A stretch of DNA of 64,000 nt. Source: a bacterium (GTDB lineage: Bacteria > Electryoneota > RPQS01). Location: positions 900,850 to 964,849 of the forward strand of contig JAHDVH010000001.1 of the NCBI GenBank assembly GCA_023382385.1, in the 5' to 3' direction. Position numbers and translations under genes: made by a program. Of the stretch, positions 45,671 to 54,611 are shown in pieces (within the stretch, counting starts at the first letter, position 1; each line of letters opens with the position of its first letter). Under the pieces are notes generated by a model, which saw only the letters and a list, made by a program, of their open reading frames with translations, made no database searches and had not been told where the DNA came from.

Positions 45671-48600
45671 ATGAAGAAGAGTTATTGTCTGGCCTATGCT
45701 GCAATCATCACGGCAGGAGCGCTACTTCTGACTCCAAGCGCATTAGCCAAGTCGAATACTGATTTTCCGAAAGGCATTATTGGATCACCGTGGTCCGCAA
45801 TGAGACAGCACTATACAGAGAATTGGAATAATTATCCCAATGAGTCCGCTTGGTATGAGGCTAGATATAACGCTGTTTTCTCAAATGGGACAGGACTCCA
45901 GAATGCCATCAGTCACATGGATTCGCTCAATGTGAACTGGTTCTACGGTGACTTCGTCTCAAGCGATTTTATCGCAAATCTTGGACGATCGGACTACTTT
46001 TTCACACTCGCCGAAGACATCCCTATTGAAGAGTCCAAGTACCTTGGCGCCGAGCGAATGCTAATGGATATCGGCTGGGAACGACCAGGTGTGAGGCAGT
46101 CGGACAACGAGCAACTTGCGTTGCGTACGCTTTGGGCACCTGGCGATACTTTTGATGTTGGCGGCACAAGCCGCGTACTAACTGTTGGGTCGCGGGTTCA
46201 ATTGGATCCACCGCTTCCGGATGGTACGAGCAACGTGATCAAGGCTACAGAGGGAACGCACAACCCCGGCTGGATACTCTGGCCAGGAGACGCAGAAAAG
46301 TACGACTATCCGGAAGACTACTCGCGAGTAGCGCAGCAGGGGACGTCCAAGACACATTGCAGATCCACTGGAACAAATCACGATTGGTTTTTCGGCGATC
46401 CCGACGAGTCCTTCACGAGCTACTTTTTTGATTTGCTCTGTCAAGTGCCTTCTTGGGTGGACACATCAAGCTGCGACACACTCGCAGAACTCTTCATCTT
46501 CATGTACTCCTACACTGGTGGCACGACCATGCCACTGGATAATAATGACACAAATCCCGATAGCCTCAGGACGCGACTCCAGACCGTAGAACTGAATTGG
46601 GTAGACTTCTGCTCGATACCGATCCGACTCTGCGATTTTGACAATCCAGGAGAATTTGAGACTGTTCATAAGCTTGACAGTCTCAAATACTGGTGGCCGA
46701 ACGGGAGTCATATGGCGATAGGGCTTTACTGGTACGGAATCGAAGATTTTTCAGTAGCCTCTCTGGATATTCGAGAAGAGTACTACGACGAACTTTTTGA
46801 ATTGAACGGAGCGCCTAAACAAAAGTTCAATGAGGTTGTTACTACCCTATCGGGTATTCCTCAGCAAATGCCCGGCGCAGGGTTTCAGCAAGACGAGCCT
46901 TCTTGGAACCAGTGGTTCACGCTTGGAATGTTCAATCGCCACCTACCGAACGGGATTACCATCAACGATGATGCGGTCACGGACTCAACCGCAATCTGGA
47001 CCGTAGATTCGACATATCAGCGATTAACCTCGAACGATCAAGAGTACATGACCGGAGGCTGGGCTCGTCAAACACCGCATACCGGGACCTACGTTAAGAC
47101 GAGAGGCTATGACCATTGGTACGACGATGATCCTAATGCGAGAGACGGCTTTGGATTCGGTGCTCGTCCGCCGGATGCAACGACATCGGAACTGTCAGGA
47201 TTATCCAATAGCTACGCAGTTGTGGCAAACATTGATACATGTGTATTGAGCCTCCAGGCTTACTGGGATTTACTGATTGACAACACCGCTTTCTTAGATT
47301 GGGCTATCGCGGACGGTCAAATGCCTTCGTTCTGGCGGCGGCGCGCAGACGCAGCCGGATCGCTGCTTCTACATGCGGAAAGCGCAAGAAATTCTGGAGC
47401 GGATTGGGCCGGTTATATAGCGCACAATAAGTGTTGGGAAAACGATTCCTTGAAAATGTATTGGTATACTGGTGGTCACCACGATAGTCTGACGATTGCG
47501 AACAGATACCATACTGTTCCTGAAATGTGGTGCCAAACGGGACTAAACTTGGCTTATGGTGCAAAGGGTATTGTCTGGGCGGAACACAATGCATTTGTTT
47601 TCGAAGATCGGCCGCTCGCTTGGGAGGCAACATCCGTGCACACAAAAGAACCATGGTTCACCGGTCTGTCAAAATTGTACGCATCGCTGGACACGGTTGG
47701 ACCCACTCTAAGAGCGTGTCGATGGGACAATTCATTCTGCACGCGGAGCTTTGAGGACAATTTTGATTATCCGTATGCAGGCCCAGGTGGCATTGCCATT
47801 GACACGGTTTATACAAAGTACTGGAACGACACGCCGTCGTTGGACTGGGTGAGTGAGGCTGCGAACCATACCTATGTCCAGGTCAGTACATTCGAAGCTC
47901 CTAACAGCGTGGACGACGAGCTGTATCTATTCTTGGTCAATCGGAGGTGCGAAGAACACGAGCGCCGTCAAATCTATTTCACCCTTGACATGCCGCAAGC
48001 ATCGTCGGAATACCGTTGCGAGCTTGCTCGCGGAGATTCAAGCTGGATCGTGATGACAGATGAAGAGGGCAAGGCCAGTTTCATGGTGCAGCTCCCGCCG
48101 GGTGAGTATGAACTCTTCCACGTATCTCCCAACGAAGATTTGATCATTTCCGATACAACATATACGATTTATGCGCCTTATCTGCTTAACAGAAACATTC
48201 GCATTCGCAACGGCGGGGAGCTAACGATCCTGCCGGATACATCTCTGAGCGCAGGTGATACGGCACAAGTTACCTGCTGGCCGGGAAAGGGAGTCTATTT
48301 GGACGAAGGGATAGGAAACAAGTTTAATGTTCTTGGCACTGACTCAAATGCCATTAAGTTTCGCGCATTAAATGGATTGCATGACGTGGACAATTGGTGG
48401 ATTGGGATCAGAGCGGCGGACACTACGGCATTAGACACGGTCACGCTACAGAGCACGCTAATAGAACACGCACGATTTGGAATTGTTTGTCGAGCGGAAG
48501 ACTCGAGAGTCAACTTGATGCGCTCCGCAGTTAGACATTGCCTAATAGGTCTTGTTCTTGACGATTACGCAACAAGTGATATTCGATACAGTACGTTTTG

Positions 48601-51600
48601 CTTTAACAGTGCGGCAATTCAATGCGAGAGAGGAGCCTCAATAGATGTCGTTAAAACGTCTATTCTGAATTGTGGGTCGGGTGTTAAACTACTCAACAAC
48701 TGTACTGCCTCACTTAAAGAAGTTAGAGTCGAAAAAAGCCATAACGGTGATGCACGTATCGGAACGCACGGCATATTCGGCTATAACTCTACCATAATGA
48801 TGAAGTGTTGCACGATAGACAGTAATTCGTGTGATGGGTTGGAAATGGTTGGTGGCACTCTAATCATTGCGGATTTCGACACAAGTGGTGCGCGTTTTGG
48901 GGCAAATTGGTTCTTTGAAAACAACCTGTCCGAACTGCGAGTTGACGGGCCGGCAGTCGTTTGGGCTGACAGCGGCTACAATGTGTTTTTCGAGGATTCA
49001 ACCTCTGATCCACTATGGGTGCGATTTTCCAACATCTCGATGCCGGCGTACTGGCGCGCGAACTACTGGAATGGCTTGACTGCTGACACCACAATTTGGC
49101 TCCACATTGGGTCATTGATTGAAGATAGTTTAGGTGTACCATTACTTCCGGAATGTGAACCTGCATTTCCATCAGAGCCTGACTACTGCTACCTGCCTCT
49201 TCGGGAACCAACATTGACAGATTGCATTATAGAAGCCCTTAAGCAAGAGTTTGTACCTGATCTGTCGGCGGCTTCTGTATTGTATGAAGACGCACTTGAA
49301 TCGTCTTCGACGAATTGCAAGAAAACGCCGACTGTTAGTCGCTTGTTACCGGTAAATCATTTCGGGGGAGTCGATGTTTCAACGACTCTAAGCTACCTGT
49401 TTTCGATTGCGGACACTGCTTCCAATGATGAGCTATTGCATGCGGCAACGATCGGAATGGCATTTTTGCTCGCCGAGACTGACGATAACATAGATAGTGC
49501 GCTGACGCTATACCAACAAGTTGTAGAAAGCGCTGGCGAGGACATTTACCAGAGGATTGACGGTCAAATTGGTTTGCTGATGACAAGCATACAGAAGGCC
49601 GCACAAGACACTTGCGATGGTATGACTGATGATGAGTACTTGGAATATCTCGACTCTTTAAACAGAGTTTTTGGTCAGCGTTTCGTCTGGACGCAGTACG
49701 AAATCACGGACAGCGTGGTGATGTATGCTCCGATGCGTGTGGACAGTGTGATCAACGTGCGTGGTGACGGCGTTTTGACGATCTTACCGCATCCTGGGTA
49801 CAAGAATCCCGTCGTTGAGTTTGTTGAGCAAGGGGCGATTAAGGTTTGGGGAACGGATTCGACCAAAGAGAAGGGTAAGCTGTATGTTTATGGAGACGCA
49901 GAGAATCGAGTGAAACTGCATTGGGTGGACTCAACCGGCACCAGGAATATCAAGTCTGAAAGAGGCCTTGTCAAAATGAGGCATGCGAACTTCTATGGCA
50001 ACGGCATGGCCAACCAAACCTCTGACGTTGCAGGAAGTGTCCAGGGAAGGAGACGGGCTACCCTGCAATTGGACTCATGTAACTTTTCATGGTTTGAAGA
50101 CGGTGTTTTGGCCTGGGCAACCGACAGCACAAGTTACATGCGGGCATGCACGTTAACACACGTAGGTGGAAGCCAATTTTATTCAGGGTTTGGTGCCGCC
50201 CTTACGCTTCTCAAATCCGACAGCTTCAAAGTTGAAGATTGCGTTTTCAGCGAGAGCAACGGGGTAAGCATTTATCAGGCGCTTGCCTACGGTGTTAAAA
50301 TTAAGAACTCAATTATTAGTAACGGGGCAACATACGGTATATGGGGAGCGTCCTCAGGAGGCGGTGACGCACGTATAGAGTGCTGCACGCTGGTGAGCAA
50401 TGGCGATACACTCGCAGAGCTGTATACCCTGGGCGTTATCTACGATCTTGTAGGTGGTCATAACAGTTTTGCCGATAGCTCGGGCCCATTGATTAAGTCA
50501 GCGGATCCCTCGTATGTTGATCTTGAGAACGGCGAGAACTACTTTGATGTGTGGGATGACGGCCGCTACTTGCAATCCGGCGATACGAACAACACCTGGG
50601 ATATCACGTGGAATACCTGGAGTCCCGCGATGCCGAATGACAGCAACTTCTACGACTATTTGTGGCCGGCGGCGCCCGCCAATTGGACAGTAGATTCTTC
50701 GCTAACCGATTTCTTAACGTGCGGAGAGTCTGCTACATCGTCGATAGGTGGTGGGAGTTGGCTCGTGTTGGATGACAACTCAGAATCCGGAACTATGTCG
50801 ACTGGTGGTGACGAGCCGTCAAAAGTCAGCTCATTGAATCAGAAAGAAGCTGCACAAACAACCAAGGGTGGCGTTGCAAGCAAGGCAAGGGAATATACGC
50901 CGAATCATGGCACAAGGAATTCTGCTAACGCTTATGCTACGCGCAAGCAAGCCAAGTTAGAGAAACTCGCACACCATAATCGTGAGTTGTTGGCTTGGCG
51001 AGACATGCGGTCAACAAGCAAGAGTAACGACAAGGCTCGAGCAGCCATGCAATTTCTAACTGATCATCAGGGCTCTGAGTTCACACCGGCTGCACTGGGC
51101 ATTATTGCTGGTGCCGCAAGCGACGGATCTGCGGTTCTGGCCAGTAAGTATTTGCGCGGTTTTGCAGAAGAAACTAAAAAGCATTCACTAAGAACCCTCG
51201 CACAACGACTCTCATATCAGGCTTTGGCCAATGAGGGCAAACCTGCTGAAGCGTTGTCCGGGCTTGAGGACATGATGACGGATGCCAAGACACCGTATGA
51301 CTCGGTGTTGGCAGTACTGGCCGCGATGCAAATCTACTTTGACTACCATCATACAGGAAGATTGCAGGCCAGACACCCCCAAGTTGTAGTGACAGATCCT
51401 TATGACTTGGTTCGTAAGACATTGCTGCTTACCGAACGGCTTGACGATCCAGTGCTTGGCGTATCTGATAATCAACCTGCACTCCCGACCAAGTATGCTT
51501 TGTATCAAAACTACCCAAATCCCTTCAATCCGACGACGGAGATCCGTTTTGACTTACCTGAGGCTATCCGCGTCGAACTGAAGGTCTTCAACATCCTCGG

Positions 51601-51766
51601 TCAGGAGGTTGCGACTCTCGTGGACGAAGTCCGCAATGCCGGTGCTTACCGCGTGCTGTGGGACGGCAAGAACTTGGGTGGTCAGGTTACGGCTTCTGGC
51701 GTCTACGTCTATCAGCTCAAGACGCCGACCTTCACAGATGCGAAGAAGATGGTGCTGATTAGGTAA
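45671..51766 (+). CDS. giant (2031 aa) secreted protein with two right-handed beta-helix modules and a T9SS C-terminal sorting domain
   Basis: Signal peptide MKKSYCLAYAAIITAGALLLTPSALAKS. Beta-helix turn repeats around aa 830-1100 and 1350-1600. C-terminus YQNYPNPFNPTTEIRFDL...SGVYVYQLKT...KKMVLIR matches the T9SS CTD pattern. Confidence 0.85.
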   Translation: MKKSYCLAYAAIITAGALLLTPSALAKSNTDFPKGIIGSPWSAMRQHYTENWNNYPNESAWYEARYNAVFSNGTGLQNAISHMDSLNVNWFYGDFVSSDFIANLGRSDYFFTLAEDIPIEESKYLGAERMLMDIGWERPGVRQSDNEQLALRTLWAPGDTFDVGGTSRVLTVGSRVQLDPPLPDGTSNVIKATEGTHNPGWILWPGDAEKYDYPEDYSRVAQQGTSKTHCRSTGTNHDWFFGDPDESFTSYFFDLLCQVPSWVDTSSCDTLAELFIFMYSYTGGTTMPLDNNDTNPDSLRTRLQTVELNWVDFCSIPIRLCDFDNPGEFETVHKLDSLKYWWPNGSHMAIGLYWYGIEDFSVASLDIREEYYDELFELNGAPKQKFNEVVTTLSGIPQQMPGAGFQQDEPSWNQWFTLGMFNRHLPNGITINDDAVTDSTAIWTVDSTYQRLTSNDQEYMTGGWARQTPHTGTYVKTRGYDHWYDDDPNARDGFGFGARPPDATTSELSGLSNSYAVVANIDTCVLSLQAYWDLLIDNTAFLDWAIADGQMPSFWRRRADAAGSLLLHAESARNSGADWAGYIAHNKCWENDSLKMYWYTGGHHDSLTIANRYHTVPEMWCQTGLNLAYGAKGIVWAEHNAFVFEDRPLAWEATSVHTKEPWFTGLSKLYASLDTVGPTLRACRWDNSFCTRSFEDNFDYPYAGPGGIAIDTVYTKYWNDTPSLDWVSEAANHTYVQVSTFEAPNSVDDELYLFLVNRRCEEHERRQIYFTLDMPQASSEYRCELARGDSSWIVMTDEEGKASFMVQLPPGEYELFHVSPNEDLIISDTTYTIYAPYLLNRNIRIRNGGELTILPDTSLSAGDTAQVTCWPGKGVYLDEGIGNKFNVLGTDSNAIKFRALNGLHDVDNWWIGIRAADTTALDTVTLQSTLIEHARFGIVCRAEDSRVNLMRSAVRHCLIGLVLDDYATSDIRYSTFCFNSAAIQCERGASIDVVKTSILNCGSGVKLLNNCTASLKEVRVEKSHNGDARIGTHGIFGYNSTIMMKCCTIDSNSCDGLEMVGGTLIIADFDTSGARFGANWFFENNLSELRVDGPAVVWADSGYNVFFEDSTSDPLWVRFSNISMPAYWRANYWNGLTADTTIWLHIGSLIEDSLGVPLLPECEPAFPSEPDYCYLPLREPTLTDCIIEALKQEFVPDLSAASVLYEDALESSSTNCKKTPTVSRLLPVNHFGGVDVSTTLSYLFSIADTASNDELLHAATIGMAFLLAETDDNIDSALTLYQQVVESAGEDIYQRIDGQIGLLMTSIQKAAQDTCDGMTDDEYLEYLDSLNRVFGQRFVWTQYEITDSVVMYAPMRVDSVINVRGDGVLTILPHPGYKNPVVEFVEQGAIKVWGTDSTKEKGKLYVYGDAENRVKLHWVDSTGTRNIKSERGLVKMRHANFYGNGMANQTSDVAGSVQGRRRATLQLDSCNFSWFEDGVLAWATDSTSYMRACTLTHVGGSQFYSGFGAALTLLKSDSFKVEDCVFSESNGVSIYQALAYGVKIKNSIISNGATYGIWGASSGGGDARIECCTLVSNGDTLAELYTLGVIYDLVGGHNSFADSSGPLIKSADPSYVDLENGENYFDVWDDGRYLQSGDTNNTWDITWNTWSPAMPNDSNFYDYLWPAAPANWTVDSSLTDFLTCGESATSSIGGGSWLVLDDNSESGTMSTGGDEPSKVSSLNQKEAAQTTKGGVASKAREYTPNHGTRNSANAYATRKQAKLEKLAHHNRELLAWRDMRSTSKSNDKARAAMQFLTDHQGSEFTPAALGIIAGAASDGSAVLASKYLRGFAEETKKHSLRTLAQRLSYQALANEGKPAEALSGLEDMMTDAKTPYDSVLAVLAAMQIYFDYHHTGRLQARHPQVVVTDPYDLVRKTLLLTERLDDPVLGVSDNQPALPTKYALYQNYPNPFNPTTEIRFDLPEAIRVELKVFNILGQEVATLVDEVRNAGAYRVLWDGKNLGGQVTASGVYVYQLKTPTFTDAKKMVLIR

Positions 51767-51790
51767 TATGAATACCGTTGCATTTTAAGC

Positions 51791-52924
51791 ATGTCCTCCC
51801 TCTATAAGCGCAAACTAAAGAATCGCACAGTCTGGTACGTAAATCTGAAGCTTGCCAACGGCAAGCGCAAGAGCATTAACACCGGCTGTGAAACGAAGAC
51901 GGCGGCCAAAGTTGTAGCCGCCGAGTTTGAACGCAAGATATTGCTGGGTCTTGATCCGACGAAGCCAACGCCGCCAAAGCAGAATGTGATCGCGCTATTC
52001 GAGCGGTTCATGGAAGAGTCAAAACGCGACTGGTCTCCAGACACGATAGACCAGTACGAAGATACGCTTGAAACCCTGAGGACCGTCGTTGGTGAAATCC
52101 CGCTTACGGAACTCTCAAGACGTCACCGCAACGCGATTGTGGATTATCTGACAGAGCGCGGTGCCGTTCACAAGAGTAGAACAGGAAATGTGAAGCGCGT
52201 CCGCGAAATCTCCGGCCACACAATAAACCGGAACATCCGCAACGTCACGCGCTTTCTGAACTGGTGTATTGAAGAAGAAGTTGTTCGCGGTTGGCAACCG
52301 CCGAGGTTCAAGCAAATAGCGGTGGTAGAGGAACCGAAGGAGAGTTTCACACCGGACGAGATTAGCCGGATATTGGACGCCGCGGCGGACTTCACGCTGA
52401 ACGGCTACCCGATTCAGGCCTACTTTGCGTTTCAGGCGTTCAGCGGGTTTCGGCGCAACGAAGGCCGCCACCTGCAATGGGAAGACATTGACTTCGAACG
52501 ACAGACGATACTGGTACCAGCAGGCAAGGTCACGAAGCGGATTGGCCGCCGCGAAGTCGTACCACTCACCGCACCGCTTGAACTAATCCTGCAATCGCTG
52601 CCCAGACGCGCCACAGGCCCCGTCTTCCCCGGTGTTAGCGAGAAGATTACCCACGTCTTCAAAAAGGTCTGCGAGGCCGCTGGCGTGGACTACAAGCCGC
52701 TGCACAGGCTACGGGCGACGTTCACAACTCAGCTATCCGATCTGCGCCTTCCGCCGATGGCCGTACAGAAAATCGTCCGCCACAAGAATCTGAACACAAC
52801 CTACGGGCACTACTATCTTCCGGAAGCAAACGCCCTGCGCGAAGCCGCGAATGAAGCCCTGAAAGACTCGCCATTTGCTACGGCAATTCTACGAATATTT
52901 GATAAAGATGCGGTTGACAAGTAG
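51791..52924 (+). CDS. int: tyrosine recombinase / phage integrase
   Basis: Catalytic residues in order: GFRRNEGRHLQWEDIDF (R), HRLRATFTT (HxxR), VRHKNLNTTYGHYY (H...Y). Sits 12 nt upstream of attR. Confidence 0.9.
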   Translation: MSSLYKRKLKNRTVWYVNLKLANGKRKSINTGCETKTAAKVVAAEFERKILLGLDPTKPTPPKQNVIALFERFMEESKRDWSPDTIDQYEDTLETLRTVVGEIPLTELSRRHRNAIVDYLTERGAVHKSRTGNVKRVREISGHTINRNIRNVTRFLNWCIEEEVVRGWQPPRFKQIAVVEEPKESFTPDEISRILDAAADFTLNGYPIQAYFAFQAFSGFRRNEGRHLQWEDIDFERQTILVPAGKVTKRIGRREVVPLTAPLELILQSLPRRATGPVFPGVSEKITHVFKKVCEAAGVDYKPLHRLRATFTTQLSDLRLPPMAVQKIVRHKNLNTTYGHYYLPEANALREAANEALKDSPFATAILRIFDKDAVDK

Positions 52925-52935
52925 TTAGCTCGGAA

Positions 52936-52977
52936 CTCTCACGCCGGTAACACGGGTTCGAATCCCGTACGCGCTAC
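52936..52977. repeat. attR: 42-bp direct repeat (displaced original 3' part of tRNA-Glu)
   Basis: Identical to 10475-10516. Not preceded by a tRNA 5' half. Confidence 0.9.
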
Positions 52978-52985
52978 TAAAAATC

Positions 52986-53020
52986 AACGGGTTAGCCAAT
53001 GCGGCTAACCCGTTCTTTTG
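52986..53020. terminator. intrinsic terminator (original tRNA terminator, also serves the convergent host gene)
   Basis: aacgggttagcc/aatgc/ggctaacccgtt followed by cttttg. Confidence 0.7.
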
Positions 53021-53035
53021 TCTGAATTCCAAAGG

Positions 53036-54403
53036 TCAGTCGACGGCATTGCGCCATTGACCTTTGAGTGGAACCAAGAAGGGTCGCTTGCCTGATGGTT
53101 CTGCAGGAATCTCCGAAACTCGCTTCCACGATATGCGAAAACCTCCGTTAGTCTGCTCTGCGAGTTTCTGCTCAACTTCAAGCATCTGCCGACTGATGTC
53201 GTCGTATTTTGAAACGTAGTGGATTTCCAGCAAGTCCGGCTCGATCTGGTATGCTTTGAAAGCTGAGATATACTCATGATAGTACTCAAGGACAATTACC
53301 AGAAAGCCTGAGTTAAGTGATTTGCCGTTTGGTGCATAGAGTATCTCAAGCAGACGGCCATCCACGCTGGTCAAGCGGGGCATGCGGTTTCCACATGGAC
53401 AAGGTTGCAGCGGGTCAGCAGATGTGCCGAAGTCTCCAATCTTGTAACGGATGAAAGGCATCGCATGATTTCGAAAAGCTGTCACCACAATTTCCCCGGA
53501 CTCTCCCGGCAACGCGGGTCTTCCGTTTACCAGTACTTCAACAAAGAACCGCGACAGGTCAAGATGATAGCCTGTGTACTCCAAGCACTCATGCCCGATG
53601 TGCATGGCTTCACTACCGCCGTAGTCGCGATAGACCTTACAGTCAAAAACGTCTTCGATGACTTTTGCTCGGGAAGGACTCAGTCCCTCGCCATAGGCCC
53701 TCACAACTTTAACAGGAAAACGCCAGCCGTTACGTTTCATTTCATCGGCGATGACCAGCAGCGCAGTCGGAAAGCCTCGAATGTTGTTGACTCGAGCCGC
53801 GCGCATCTGTGCGAGAATGCTCGGAGTATCGCCTGCGGAAAGCTTAAGCGCCGAGAATGAGATAGGCCTGATACCTGACAACCATCTCGCAAAGCTCTGA
53901 ACCTTGCCCAGGTTGGCAGTTTCCGCCTTGAAAATAGCTTCTTTCCAGTCAGGCTTCCATCCGATACTTATCAGAGTCAGTTCCTTGCTGGCAAACTCCG
54001 CCCGCAGGGAATCTTCGGTAACCGCAAACTGAAAGGGTTCTCCGCTGGATCCGGATGTGCAACTCCAGTGAAGCTTGCGGCGGTCGAGGGTCGAATTAAG
54101 CCAGCCGTCGAGTCCGCTTTGAAAATCCTTCTTGGTGAGGATGGGAAGATTCTGCCATGTGCTATAGTCTTCTGGAAGAGGTATCGAAAGGCCGAGTTCA
54201 TCGAGTTTCTTTCTGTAGGCAGGCGAAACCGTTGCCATGTGATTGGCAAAGGCCACTGCTTGAGAAAAGCTATGGCGATGGACAACCGCAGGATTGGACA
54301 GGCGGAGCTTTCGCTGCGCGGCGACTTCTCGGAGATAGTCTCGCCGCAGGATTTCGCGCTCTAACGTCCGAATGAAGAGGAAAGGCCAGCGAAGAATCGC
54401 CAT
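53036..54403 (-). CDS. phenylacetate-CoA ligase / CapK / F390-synthetase family adenylate-forming enzyme
   Basis: AMP-binding motif SCTSGSSGEPFQF and a size of ~450 aa, typical of COG1541. Confidence 0.7.
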   Translation of the reverse strand: MAILRWPFLFIRTLEREILRRDYLREVAAQRKLRLSNPAVVHRHSFSQAVAFANHMATVSPAYRKKLDELGLSIPLPEDYSTWQNLPILTKKDFQSGLDGWLNSTLDRRKLHWSCTSGSSGEPFQFAVTEDSLRAEFASKELTLISIGWKPDWKEAIFKAETANLGKVQSFARWLSGIRPISFSALKLSAGDTPSILAQMRAARVNNIRGFPTALLVIADEMKRNGWRFPVKVVRAYGEGLSPSRAKVIEDVFDCKVYRDYGGSEAMHIGHECLEYTGYHLDLSRFFVEVLVNGRPALPGESGEIVVTAFRNHAMPFIRYKIGDFGTSADPLQPCPCGNRMPRLTSVDGRLLEILYAPNGKSLNSGFLVIVLEYYHEYISAFKAYQIEPDLLEIHYVSKYDDISRQMLEVEQKLAEQTNGGFRISWKRVSEIPAEPSGKRPFLVPLKGQWRNAVD

Positions 54404-54611
54404 AACTTAAAGGTCTGCCAGGAATAGTGGATATATTTGTGACGAAGCAAATATAACGCCGTTCGGACTTTATAGCAAGCGACCCGCGATTTGCGCCGCA
54501 CCTGAGTTGAATGGGGACGCGCGAATTACTATCTTGCGGCGACTGTTCACACTCCGTCCCTCGACACTTCCGGAGGGACACCTGAAAGTTCACCCCCTTT
54601 GAGGAACCTGC

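Larger units (their letters stand above)
10475..52977. mobile_element. integrated temperate tailed (siphovirus-like) prophage, ~42.5 kb
   Basis: Bounded by perfect 42-bp tRNA-derived direct repeats. Tyrosine integrase next to attR. Contains complete packaging, head, tail, recombination and immunity modules. Confidence 0.9.

Noticed and set aside
54404-54611. 8-bp inverted repeat tatatttg/caaatata and hairpin gtccctc...gagggac in the divergent PaaK-like/OPT promoter region
   Set aside because: These are short AT-rich palindromes that could arise by chance in a promoter region. There is no supporting second copy or known consensus.
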